From Terriglobia bacterium (GTDB taxonomy: Bacteria > Acidobacteriota > Terriglobia > JAJPHL01 > JAPKYU01), in the NCBI GenBank assembly GCA_965206645.1, contig CBDBKE010000004.1, forward strand, positions 224,001 to 288,000: a stretch of 64,000 bases of DNA, in the 5' to 3' direction. Numbering within the stretch: position 1 is the first letter of the stretch; each line of letters opens with the position of its first letter. Of the stretch, positions 9,743 to 20,103 are shown piece by piece. Made by a program: the position numbers and the translations under genes. The notes below the pieces were generated by a model, which saw only the letters and a list, made by a program, of their open reading frames with translations, searched no databases and was not told the origin of the DNA.

Positions 9743-11113
9743 ATGAAGGGCATCCGGATTGGGGCCGGGGCCGGCTTTAACGGCGACCGGATTGAGCCAG
9801 CGGTCGAGTTGGTCAACTCGGGAGCGTTGGACTATCTGGTTTTCGAATCCCTATCGGAACGGACCTTGCCGCTGGCCCAGCAGCGCAAGCGTGCGGATCC
9901 TTCAAAAGGCTACGACCCGTTTCTCGAGGCTCGGATGCGGGCAGTGCTGGGGGGATGTGCGCGCCGGGAGATAAAGATCGTCACAAACATGGGGGCGGCG
10001 AACCCTCAGGCGGCGGGCGACGTGGTGACCCGCATTTGCCGTGAGCTGAACCTACCTGGCGTGTCGGTCGCCATCATCACTGGCGATGACATCCTGGAGC
10101 AGGTGAAGCAAGGCGAGGTGCAATTAGAGGATTCCGAGCTGTGCCTGGACGAGGTGAAAGGCAGGCTGATCTCGGCCAATGTCTATTTGGGAGCGGATCC
10201 AATCGTGGACGCCTTGAAAGCAGGTGCCGACGTCGTGATCACCGGGAGGGTCACCGATCCGTCGCTGTTTGTCGGTCCCATCCGCTACGAGTTGGGCTGG
10301 CCGGCCGATCACCCCGACCGGATGGGGCTGGCGGTGATCCTCGGCCATCTGCTGGAATGCGGCGCGCAGATCACTGGCGGATATTTTGCCGATCCCGGCT
10401 ACAAGGACGTGGAGGGTCTGGAGCGGCTCGGCTATCCCATCCTGGAGGTTTACGAGGACGGGCGCAGCTACGTCACCAAGGTTCCCGGGACGGGTGGGAT
10501 AGTCAACGTCGCTACCTGCAAGGAGCAATTGTTGTACGAGATCGGCGATCCGGCGAACTACATCTCCGCCGACGGGGTGGCAAGCATCCTCGAGGTGACC
10601 CTCAAGCAGGTCGGCCCGGATCGCGTCCAGGTGCTTGGTGCTCACGGGAAACCGAGACCCCCGCGATTGCGAGTGATTGTGGGCACGCTGGATGGATACC
10701 TCGGTGAGGGTGAAATTTCCTACGGAGGTCTGGGAGCATACGATCGGGCTCGCCTTGCCGCGGAAGCTGTGAAAAAACGCCTGGAGTTGGTTAGGGCCGA
10801 CCTCCGCGAGCTGCGAGTAGACTTTATCGGCGCCAACTCCCTGTACGGAAAAGCCTCTCCGCAGTTAGAGCACGATCTTCCCGAGGTACGACTTCGTGTC
10901 TGCGGCCTAGCCTCCGATCCCCGTTCGGCGGAGATGGTAGGGAATGAGGTGGAGAACCTTCTGGTGAACGGACCGGCTGCAGGCGGTGGAGTCAGGGAAC
11001 GAGTCCGGGAGGTCATCGGCTTGCATTCGGCTTTTATCAGGCGTGAGGCGGTTCAACCGCGCATGGAGATTCGGCAGTGGGAACGATCCTATGAGACGAG
11101 TACGGTTACGTGA
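9743..11113 (+). CDS. AtuA (DUF1446) family protein
   Basis: IRIGAGAGFxGDR, LVFESLSERT, NVYLG, ITGRVTDPS, GHLLECG, KEQLLYE. Confidence 0.9.
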   Translation: MKGIRIGAGAGFNGDRIEPAVELVNSGALDYLVFESLSERTLPLAQQRKRADPSKGYDPFLEARMRAVLGGCARREIKIVTNMGAANPQAAGDVVTRICRELNLPGVSVAIITGDDILEQVKQGEVQLEDSELCLDEVKGRLISANVYLGADPIVDALKAGADVVITGRVTDPSLFVGPIRYELGWPADHPDRMGLAVILGHLLECGAQITGGYFADPGYKDVEGLERLGYPILEVYEDGRSYVTKVPGTGGIVNVATCKEQLLYEIGDPANYISADGVASILEVTLKQVGPDRVQVLGAHGKPRPPRLRVIVGTLDGYLGEGEISYGGLGAYDRARLAAEAVKKRLELVRADLRELRVDFIGANSLYGKASPQLEHDLPEVRLRVCGLASDPRSAEMVGNEVENLLVNGPAAGGGVRERVREVIGLHSAFIRREAVQPRMEIRQWERSYETSTVT

Positions 11114-11411
11114 GATTGCCCATAGCCGCGCGGGTGATAAGGGGAACACGTTGATTCTTTCTCTTATCCCCTACCGGGAAGCTGACTACGAACACTTGCG
11201 GCGGGAAGTTACCGTGGAGCGTGTTCGCGAATTGTTCGGGGATATCTGCCGCGGGGAAATCATCAGATACGAGATCCCAACAATTGCCGCACTGAACTTT
11301 GTGCTGCACAATTCCTTGGCGGGAGGCGTCACCGCCTCACTGGCCCTGGATTCCCATGGGAAATGCTACTCCTCTCTGCTGCTGGAGCTGGAGATCGGTA
11401 TCCCCGATTGA
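11091..11411 (+). CDS. AtuA-related small partner protein
   Basis: LREIAHSRAGDKGN, ALNFVL..LAGG..SLALDSHGK; overlaps the atuA-like stop. Confidence 0.85.
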   Translation: MRRVRLREIAHSRAGDKGNTLILSLIPYREADYEHLRREVTVERVRELFGDICRGEIIRYEIPTIAALNFVLHNSLAGGVTASLALDSHGKCYSSLLLELEIGIPD

Positions 11412-11464
11412 TCGAGTCTGGCAAAGCACCTTTCTTTCCGACGACAACGCGTGGGAAGCCGAAA

Positions 11465-11617
11465 ATGAAAGAAATCTTGATGCCGAAGATAAGCAAAGCT
11501 ACGGAGGCAGGGGCTGTTGTTCGCTGGTTGAGGAAGGAAGGTGAGCACGTCAAGAAAGGGGAAGTACTCCTCGATGTCGACACAGACAAGGTGACCATGG
11601 AAACAATGTCAGGCTAA
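11465..11617 (+). pseudogene. truncated biotin/lipoyl-attachment domain
   Basis: MPK...VVRWLRKEGEHVKKGEVLLDVDTDKVTME; stops ~8 aa after the lipoyl Lys (50 aa). Confidence 0.7.
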
Positions 11618-11648
11618 TTAAAGCCGAGAACCATAGGAGATCAGGGAG

Positions 11649-12263
11649 ATGAGCAATAAGGACAAGCAGACGCGATACCAGCCGTACTCAGAATTAACAC
11701 TGTATCCAGGTATGCAACTGAGTGCCGAGCGGCGCCGGCAGGTTGATGAGAACTTGATCGAGCCGGATGAGGTATCCGCGGACGATATCATTTACAAGCT
11801 GTCACGAATGGTTACCGGCACCTTGTATAGTCTGATCGCGTTGATGGAAGAACGATGGGGTAAAGAGGCTGCACGCGAGTTGGTCTTCCAGTGGGGGCGC
11901 CGGTGGGCCCGTGAAACTCTCGAACGGTGGATGCATGCCCGAGGTGCGAAACGGTTGACACCGGAGCTCTGGGCGCGCTTTCAGGACTACCATCACCTCA
12001 TCTCCGGACCTATTGGCGCGCCGTCGTTCGTCAGGTATGAGGGTGACTCCCAACTGGTTCTAAACCGCACCGGCCAAAACTGCATGCTCCACACCGGCCG
12101 TCCAGAGGGAATGGACAGTTATTGCGGGATAGCTGCCGACGGTATCTTCGTCGGCTACGGTGAGGTCTGCCCGGAATTATCCTGTGAACACCATCCTTGC
12201 GTATCGCGAGGCACGTCAGAATCCGACTGCGTGGTTCGCTTCACGATCAAGCCCGCAGAATAA
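11649..12263 (+). CDS. V4R / ATC-hydrolase-like small-molecule binding protein
   Basis: helical N-part (ERWGKEAARE..WG) and C..C..CVSRG..DCVVRF Cys pattern. Confidence 0.55.
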   Translation: MSNKDKQTRYQPYSELTLYPGMQLSAERRRQVDENLIEPDEVSADDIIYKLSRMVTGTLYSLIALMEERWGKEAARELVFQWGRRWARETLERWMHARGAKRLTPELWARFQDYHHLISGPIGAPSFVRYEGDSQLVLNRTGQNCMLHTGRPEGMDSYCGIAADGIFVGYGEVCPELSCEHHPCVSRGTSESDCVVRFTIKPAE

Positions 12264-12428
12264 AACCGCACCCTCGGTTCACAGTCGTTCCAGGCATTGT
12301 CAAACGGTTGACGCGACTAAGAGGAGCGGACGAAGGAAGAGGGACGTGGAACTTTCCACCACCGTGCCACCTGAAGGGCAAGTTTGGCCGGTCCGCTTAG
12401 TCCGAAAGGTTCAAGCGGCACAGCAGAT

Positions 12429-12774
12429 TCAGCTTACGACCTCGTTTACTTGTCTCTCTGGCTTGATGTCGGTGAAGTTAGCTATGTCGGCTCTCAGCTC
12501 CTCGCCGTCCCAGCCCCTTTTTCAGGTGTGTCTCGGTGTGTGCTCCCAGCCCCTTTTTCAAATCGTCAATGGAATTGAATAAAAGCATCGCCATGACCAC
12601 GAAGGGCGCGGGTGCGTCAGGAGTCGATCCAGAAACGCCTTTGTCAGCGTCGATCCGGACTAATCCAAATGGCTTGAGTTTCTCTCTGACCAGCTTGAGG
12701 TGTGTCTCGGTGTAGTACTTGAGGTCGAATTTCGCACCGGGCTTGTTAGGGTAAAGGACAACCAACCTAACCAT
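12429..12774 (-). pseudogene. EthD family protein, frameshifted by a 31-bp templated insertion
   Basis: VLYP...FDLKYYTETHL N-terminus; native C-terminus HGEELRADIANFTDIKP is in another frame, ending at 12429. Confidence 0.8.
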
Positions 12775-13208
12775 TTCTCTACCTCCATACCTACTTGGAT
12801 TCGGGCGCATTACGCTGCGGAAGCCATTCTCGCTCCGAAATCTTAGGCTGCCCCTGCGGGCAGGTCAACGTGAACGGCCTACTCCGGACAGTTTATGCGG
12901 CGCGGCGGATCCTTGAAGAATTCTTGGCCTCGACCAGCAGGGTGTCCTCTCCGTACTTTCCCAGGCCAGTGTGGACTGGCGGAGTCCAAGCGGCACGAGA
13001 TACATCCCCTTTTGTCCAGCGATGCCGGATAGACCCCCGCTAACGGGCTTGTGTCTACCTATCTTCTGCCCGGATGGTGGCGTTCCTTCCTGATAAGGGA
13101 AAGTAAACGCTAACCGACTAGTGGAGACGCCGGAGCGCACCGGGTTCTGCGCCGTCACCAGTTGGAACGAGGCATCCAGAATAGCTGCGTCAGAGGCCAG
13201 TGAATTCA

Positions 13209-13870
13209 TCAACCACCTTGCTCATCGGGGAGTTTGACTGCGGTCAGGGATTTGGTGAGCCCCAAGAATCGCTCCCTGTAAATCTGCGCTCCCGGAAACA
13301 TACAAGCCATCTGGGTGTAGTCCAAAAGCCGAATCTCCTTGATGAACTCTCGGCAATATTCTGGCGTAGGTCTGGTGACCCATCCCAGGACAGTGAAATT
13401 GCGCAGAAGACGCAGCTGCCACTTCTTGGGCAAATAATGAATGAAAGGCTAAGGAGATGGGGTTCAAACGGGAACAAGCGATTCGGCGTCTGGACATGGT
13501 AGCCAAGGCTAACGCGTGCAATCTCTCGGGCAAACGCCTCCTGACTGGCTGAGTCTCCAAGATGCTCGATCACCGAGTTGCTGAACACGATGTCAAAAGC
13601 CCTGTCTTTAAAAGGCAAACATCTGAGTCTCCAAGATGCTCGATCACCGAGGCCATCTGCGATCACACTCGCATCCGCCTCCTCAATCTGCCCTGGAAGG
13701 TTCAAGATTGTGAGTCGCGGAGAGATTGGAAGAAGGGACCAATTGAAGTCTGTTCCGCCCACATCGAGAATGGTCGTATTTATATTTGCAGAAAACAGTT
13801 CTTGAAAATGTCGCATCCTTCTGCTGCGAAAATAACGAAGAAACGGTTGGTAAAGGTCATGAATATCCAT
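13209..13870 (-). pseudogene. class I SAM methyltransferase (Methyltransf_11-like), frameshifted
   Basis: LDVGG, LPFKDRAFDIVFSNSVIEH, VQTPNR.FP.EPH; frame change near 13450; 27-bp in-frame templated insertion. Confidence 0.8.
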
Positions 13871-14482
13871 CAGTGCTTTCCTGACCTAGACGCGGCCTCT
13901 CCTATGGCCTCGTTGCAGGGCAGACCCTTAGGCTGTTTGCCTGCATATGAGAGAACAGGGCGCAATGCATCTTCGCTCAGCGACTCATCTCCGGCCTCTC
14001 CGTAGACGGCGGGTCCACTGCATAATCTTCACTTCCTCGGATGCGCTATTCAAGTCTCTTTAAACCGAAAGGCTCCAGGCAGACGTTCCAAGGGAACCTC
14101 GTTGATTATAAGCTCAGCGCCTAACAGCGCGCCGGGGGGTGAGCCTAGGGTGCCGGACTCTTGGACTACCGCTTTCTCTCTAAGCGCGCCTACAATGCCG
14201 ATTGTCAGTCCAGGAAGGTCCGTCGACGCAGGCCAGTCATCTTAAGTGCGATTCGCGACACGCAGGAGCTCTGCAAGAAAGACAGCGCGTTCGCTATATT
14301 CTCTTTCTTTAATCTTTAGCCTTAGGCCTGGGCAGGGGGAGCTTTTCGTGCAGCCGCAAGGCTGGGAGATGTAGCGAGCGCACGATAGTTAGGCCGCTGC
14401 TCGAAGCCTGAGACTCGTATTGCCTTTGGCGGAAAGTGCCCGCGGAAGAATCTTCTGCGAGAAAGACAGGGAAGCCAGGAGT

Positions 14483-15844
14483 ATGGCAACACCGTGTCCG
14501 CAGCAGTTCGTCAAGTCCCCACCCACCGGATGGGTGGATTCCTTGCGCTCAATCGGGCCTGGGCGTGATTATCGTCGCAACAATCGTCGGCAGCGGCGAA
14601 CTCGTAACGGATCAACCAAAGGACGACAAATCCTACCTTGGCGCCGAGCAGGGTGGTTCGTTGTTTCGTGCCTGGTCAAGGTGATCATTCAAGAACAGTG
14701 GGCCTACTACGTGATCACCTCAGGAGGCACCCTGCTAGACGCCACTTCCTTTCTTCTCGGCCCACGCGTGCGAGGACTCTCGTTGTGGACCTGGCTACTG
14801 TTCCTTTATTTCATCCTCAACATTTTGCCAGCAGCCGGTGTGGTTGGGATGACGGCGACCACGGCGGCACTGGCGACCGGCGTGGGAAGTGTCTCCTTTT
14901 GGGCCCTGGCGCTTACCGCTCTCACCATCGTGTTCCTGTGGTTCGGCACCTACGCCCGGATCGAAAAACTGTTTATTTTGATGGTCGCGCTGTTTTCGTT
15001 TTCCATGTGCATCGCTCTCGCGTTGACGCAGAGCACGCAGCTAGCCATTCGTTGGTCGGAACTGATTTCCGGGCTACGGTTTGAACTGCCGCCAGCAGGC
15101 ATGTACATCGCGCTCTCCGCATTCGGCATTACCGGCATCGCCACGCCGGAAATTATTTTTTACACCTATTGGTGTCTGGAAAAAGGCTACGGCCGTTACA
15201 TCGGGCCGCACGAGGAAACTCCGGAGTGGCGGGAGCGCGCGCGGGGCTGGATTGCCGTCATGCGGAGAGACATCATGCTCTCTGCGGCCATTTACACTCT
15301 GATCACGATTGTGTTTTATCTACTGGGGGCGGCCATTTTGCACCGCACCCGACCCGATGCAGCGAACCTGGAAGGCCTGGACGTTGCCTTGGCGCTCTCG
15401 AAGAGTTTCACGGACTCCTTTGGGCAGTGGAGCTTCGTGATCTTCATGACTGGCGCTTTTTTGGTCCTGTACTCCACCTTTGTCGGCGCCTGCGCGTCCT
15501 GGGCGCGCTTCAGTGCCGACTTCTCCAAGAAGCTCGGCCTGATCTCGGCGACTGATCCTGCTCAGTGGGACCGATGGTGCAAGTGGCTCTCAATCTCCCT
15601 GGCCGCAGTTTTCCTGCTGGCATTCTTGCTCATCAGGACGCCGGTGGCTCTGATCCTGTTTGGCGGAGTCATGCACGCTGTGTTTCTTCCACTGCTGGGA
15701 CTTTCAGTGATCTATCTGTTCCACCATCGCGGCCGGCAAGGTCTGACTCCCGGGTCTCACGTGCGAGTCATCTCGTGGGTCTGCAGCGTCATCATACTCG
15801 CGGTTGTGATTTGCACTCTGTATCTGCAGACGGGTGGCGCCTGA
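14483..15844 (+). pseudogene. NRAMP-like/APC-fold transporter with scrambled N-terminus
   Basis: many TM helices, FGITG..EIIFYTYW..EKG; conserved IIVATIVGSGEL lies out of frame at ~14563-14610. Confidence 0.65.
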
Positions 15845-16110
15845 CTTGCGTGTGGCAGAAATGTAGCACCGGGGTGCCTTTCCTGGCTCGTCTGGTTCTT
15901 TTGGCCTGATGTAGAGAGCTTAACTTACACTTCTTGCCCAAGTAGTGGAAAAACAAAACTCCCTCTCCGAACCAGTAGTTCGGCGATGTTTCGTTCGCGG
16001 ACGGGACCAAGGGCCTACGAGAGGCCGGAAACCAACCGTGTTATAATTGCGTGTGGCCCCAAGGAAAGCGGCCAAGGAAAGCTTGGTTCCCTCCCTCAAA
16101 CAGAATGGCA

Positions 16111-17631
16111 ATGCTTCCGCAGCTGTCCCTCCGCACGATTAGGCTCGCGGTTTCTGCGGCGGGGATTGTTCTTTTCTGCACGCACGCGTTCTGCACGCGC
16201 GCGTCCGCCCGCCCGCCGGACCTGCGGACGCTTTACCAGGAGGCGCGCCAAGCGCAGGTAGCCGGCGACGCCAAGACAGCCATCGAGAAATACGTGCAGA
16301 TCCTACGCTTGCGTCCCGATTTGGCCGAAATGCATTCGAATCTCGGGACCCTTTACTACCAGCAGCGTCAAGTGGATGATGCGGTCAAGTCGTTCCAAAC
16401 GGCCCTCAAGCTGAAGGCCGACTTGGGTGCCCCTAACTTTTTCCTGGGTCTAATCGCCTTCAATGCCCGGAAGCACGAAGTCGCGCTGCGGCACTTGAAA
16501 AAGTCGGAGGCGCTCGATCCTTCCAATGTCGCCATACAGCTATACCTCGGTTACACCTATTATGCGCAGTTCGATTTCCGCAATGCGGCTCTCCATTTGG
16601 AGACAGTCGCGAAGCTTGAGCCAGTCAACCAGGACGTGTTTTACCATTTGAGCAAAGCCTACGGACAACTTGCGAAACAGTTTTTTGGGACCCTGCAGAA
16701 GGAGTTTGCGGATTGCTACCACATTCACCTGGCGCGGGCGCACCTCTACGAAGCGGAAGGCAATTGGGAGAAGGCGGAACTCGCCTACGGGCGGGCTCTT
16801 CAGGTGCAGCCAGCGAACGAGCGCCTGAACCAGAAACTGCACGCCGTAGCCCAGAAGAAATCCGACCCGTCGGTGGTGAGCACTGTGGGCGCGGTCCCGG
16901 ACGATTTGGTCGACGGCTCTACCAACTTTCTCTATAACCCCCCGCCTGGCGAGAAGATTCAGGAGCTATTGGAACTTTATCGGAATCGCGTGCGCAAGCT
17001 CGAAAAAGAGTCGACCAAGTCCAGCGAAACACTCTTCTTCCTTGCCGAATACCACCAGGCGCTCTCCTATCTCGCTTCGCTTTGGGTTGCCGCGGCCAAT
17101 CCTGATTCCTACCGTGCGCATCTGCTTCGGGGCCAATATTATGAAGATGCAGGCAAGGATGAAGAGGCGATCCGGGAGTATCAAAGGGCGCTTGAGCTGA
17201 AGCCTGACCTGCGGAACGTGCACTTTGCGATCGGAAATCTGTACTGGAAAAAAGACCAGGACGACGAGGCTCTTCCTGAGCTGGAAAAGGAGCTGCAGCT
17301 CGACCCGAATCACCCGAGCGCTTTGTACGAAATCGCCGAGATTTTCTATACTCGGGGGCGCCTCGACGAGGCTGAAAAGTACTATCTGCGGAGCCTAGAA
17401 TACGATCCAAGGATGGTGGAGGCTTATCTAGGTGTAGAGCGGATTTTCACTTCCAGAGACGAATACCAGAAAGCGCTGCAGTACCTGCACAAAGTAGTTG
17501 AGCTAGACGCCGAGAATGCCACTCCGCATTATCGGATGGCCACCATCTATCGAAAGATGGGCGACAGCGCAAAAGCGCGAGCGGCATTGAGCCTTTTTCA
17601 GAAACTGAAGAAGGGGGACAAGCAACAGTGA
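16111..17631 (+). CDS. secreted TPR repeat protein
   Basis: signal-like N-terminus, many TPR motifs; TGTTATAAT extended -10 at 16039-16047. Confidence 0.85.
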   Translation: MLPQLSLRTIRLAVSAAGIVLFCTHAFCTRASARPPDLRTLYQEARQAQVAGDAKTAIEKYVQILRLRPDLAEMHSNLGTLYYQQRQVDDAVKSFQTALKLKADLGAPNFFLGLIAFNARKHEVALRHLKKSEALDPSNVAIQLYLGYTYYAQFDFRNAALHLETVAKLEPVNQDVFYHLSKAYGQLAKQFFGTLQKEFADCYHIHLARAHLYEAEGNWEKAELAYGRALQVQPANERLNQKLHAVAQKKSDPSVVSTVGAVPDDLVDGSTNFLYNPPPGEKIQELLELYRNRVRKLEKESTKSSETLFFLAEYHQALSYLASLWVAAANPDSYRAHLLRGQYYEDAGKDEEAIREYQRALELKPDLRNVHFAIGNLYWKKDQDDEALPELEKELQLDPNHPSALYEIAEIFYTRGRLDEAEKYYLRSLEYDPRMVEAYLGVERIFTSRDEYQKALQYLHKVVELDAENATPHYRMATIYRKMGDSAKARAALSLFQKLKKGDKQQ

Positions 17632-17728
17632 GTTCCTGCAAGAGCGAATCGTTCTAGCAAGAGTGAACCGTTCAGGCACGATCTGCCCGACGGCAATCTC
17701 GCCCGCCTGCCAGTTGCGTTTTACCGAT

Positions 17729-18793
17729 TCATGTGCCGACTCCCTTTCCCGCCTGTCGATAACGCTCCAATTTGCGCCGAAACCCAGGGCGCTCGAGCAC
17801 TCCCGGGTTAACGACGTTGAGCGGCGGTTCCCCCCGGCTGACCGCCAGCGCTCCCTCGCAGTCGATTCGGCCCATATCGCGAAAACCCTCTTCGGTCCAG
17901 CAAACCGAGTGCGAAGTGAGAATCACATTGTCAAGGTGGAAGAGTGGCGAATCTGGATCGAGTGGCTCTTTCTCGAAAACATCCAGCGCGGCGGCACGCA
18001 GCCTCCCGCTCTGCAGGGCGCTAATCAGGGCAGGCTCATCCACAATCGGGCCACGAGCTGTGTTGATCAGCACGGCCTCGGGCTTCATCAGGCGCAGTTC
18101 ACGTTCGCCGATGAGGCGGCGCGTCTCCGGTGTCAACGGGCAGTTGACTAGCACGTAGTCGGAAAGCCCGAGCAGCGTGTCCAGCGGAACAAGCTCAACA
18201 CCAGCAGCAGCCGCATGTTCGGCGGACGCGTAGGGATCAAACGCCAGGAACCGGGCGACATCGAAGTTGCGAAGGAGGCGGACCGCTTCCGAAGCGATAT
18301 TTCCAATCCCGATCGTGCCCACCGTGCGGCCACGAGGCTCTCGTCCAAGTCGCCGGGTGCTTTCGGTCCAGCGTCTCTGACGAACCAGGTGGTCCTTCCA
18401 AACCAGGTTATGGGACAGAGCCAGAACGAATAGAACAATGGACTCGGCCACCGGGCGTCGGACACCGGCCGGCGTGATGTACACGGCTACGTCCTGCGCC
18501 GTGCAGGCCTCCAGGTCCACGTTGTCGTAGCCGACGCCGCACCGCCCGACGGCGCACAGCCGCTCCACACCGCGCAGGGAAGCCGCTGTGACGCGAGGCT
18601 TACCCGTGATCAGAACGTCGTACCCGGCCAGCTGCTCGGGAACGTGCTCCGGCCCGTACGGGCTGAGGAATTCGTAGGACACGCTCGGCTCGGCGTCCAG
18701 CAGTGACAACCCAATGTCCGGGAAAATGAGCTGTTGCTTCTCATCCCGAAAGTCGGCGGAAAATGCGATTCGAAATTTGCTTGTATCGCCCAT
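17729..18793 (-). CDS. D-2-hydroxyacid dehydrogenase (SerA-like)
   Basis: GVGYDNVD, GIGNIA, INTARG, ALDVFEKEP. Confidence 0.9.
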   Translation of the reverse strand: MGDTSKFRIAFSADFRDEKQQLIFPDIGLSLLDAEPSVSYEFLSPYGPEHVPEQLAGYDVLITGKPRVTAASLRGVERLCAVGRCGVGYDNVDLEACTAQDVAVYITPAGVRRPVAESIVLFVLALSHNLVWKDHLVRQRRWTESTRRLGREPRGRTVGTIGIGNIASEAVRLLRNFDVARFLAFDPYASAEHAAAAGVELVPLDTLLGLSDYVLVNCPLTPETRRLIGERELRLMKPEAVLINTARGPIVDEPALISALQSGRLRAAALDVFEKEPLDPDSPLFHLDNVILTSHSVCWTEEGFRDMGRIDCEGALAVSRGEPPLNVVNPGVLERPGFRRKLERYRQAGKGVGT

Positions 18794-18906
18794 ACCATCC
18801 TCCCGTGAAATCATAGCTCGGATACCGGCTCGTCAAGAGGTCTATTGGAAACGCCAGCCTCTGCAAGACCTTGACGCCGTGAGGAGTATAATCAGAGGAG
18901 ACGAGG

Positions 18907-19932
18907 ATGAAAAGCCCTGGGCCATGGAAACAGGCGGTCTGCTGCGCACTGGTCTCGCTCTGCCTCGGGACAGCAGCGCTGTGGGCACAAACTCCATCTC
19001 GGCAGGATTCGCTCGCCCGAGTATCGCAAATGATGGCCGCGCAACAATGCCGCGAATCCGAGGAACTACTGAACGGGATTCCGGGAAGTTCGTTGGAGAC
19101 GCGTTTTCGCCTTGCCCGATGCTACGGTAAACGGAAAGATCTGAAAAAGGCCATGGAGATTCTCGACTCCATCTTGCGCCGGTCCGACTCCTACACTCCG
19201 GCAGTCCTGCTTAGAGCCCGAATCCTGTATAACACGGGAAAATATTATCAATCATTCTTGTCCATGCAGGACTACACGACTCGTGATCCTGAGAACGGGG
19301 ATGCATGGTTGATTCTCGGATTGAGTCAGTTCATGCTAAAAAAGAACCAGGACGCCGAAGTCTCACTGCGTCGTGCGACAGAGCTCAGCCCCGGAAGCGG
19401 CGAAGCTTTCTACTATATGGGAAGGCTCGCTTATACGGAGAATGATATGCCTTCGGCATTGCGCGCCTTCCAAAGGGCAGTGGAAATCGAGCCGACCAGC
19501 ATGAGGGCCCATAACAATCTTGCATTGACGCACGAGGCATTAGCGCAGTTTGACCTTGCGCGAGCGGCTTATCTGAAGGCCATTGAGCTGGAGCAGAAGC
19601 AGGCGGTCAAATCCGAATGGCCTTATTTTAACCTCGGTGCACTGCGCTTCAAAGAGGGTCACCCCCAGGAAGCCATCGATTACGTCAAGGAAGCCCTCTT
19701 GCGAAAACCGGGGTGGGCCAAAGCGAAGGTGAAACTGGCCATTGCATTGGCCGCAGTGGGAAATCTGGCCGGCGCTCGTGCTCAGCTGGAAGCGGTCCTC
19801 CGCTCAGACGCTCGGAACGCTGACGCCCATTATCAGCTCGCTCTGGTCTTGGTCCGCGTGGGTGAAAAGGAGCTGGCGGATCAACATTTCACTCGGTTCA
19901 ACAAATTCCGACAATCAAGTAGCCGGCGTTAG
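18907..19932 (+). CDS. secreted TPR repeat protein
   Basis: signal peptide, TPR repeats, RBS GAGG. Confidence 0.85.
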   Translation: MKSPGPWKQAVCCALVSLCLGTAALWAQTPSRQDSLARVSQMMAAQQCRESEELLNGIPGSSLETRFRLARCYGKRKDLKKAMEILDSILRRSDSYTPAVLLRARILYNTGKYYQSFLSMQDYTTRDPENGDAWLILGLSQFMLKKNQDAEVSLRRATELSPGSGEAFYYMGRLAYTENDMPSALRAFQRAVEIEPTSMRAHNNLALTHEALAQFDLARAAYLKAIELEQKQAVKSEWPYFNLGALRFKEGHPQEAIDYVKEALLRKPGWAKAKVKLAIALAAVGNLAGARAQLEAVLRSDARNADAHYQLALVLVRVGEKELADQHFTRFNKFRQSSSRR

Positions 19933-20103
19933 CAGCGGACCATTCTTCCAGTCGCGAATGTGCCTGCCCGTGACCGTCCGTAGGTAGGTCTGTGGCTTCC
20001 GACCTGATTCTTGCTTTATTTATATCCCCTGTGCTTTGGTGAGTTACCTAACGGACGGGGCGATTCGTCTATCGACTTCTGTCCTGGGATATTCGTCGCC
20101 GGA

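Noticed and set aside
12509-13651. Diversity-generating retroelement TR/VR pairs
   Set aside because: Repeats are only 16-29 bp and identical, with no adenine-specific mismatches and no reverse transcriptase nearby
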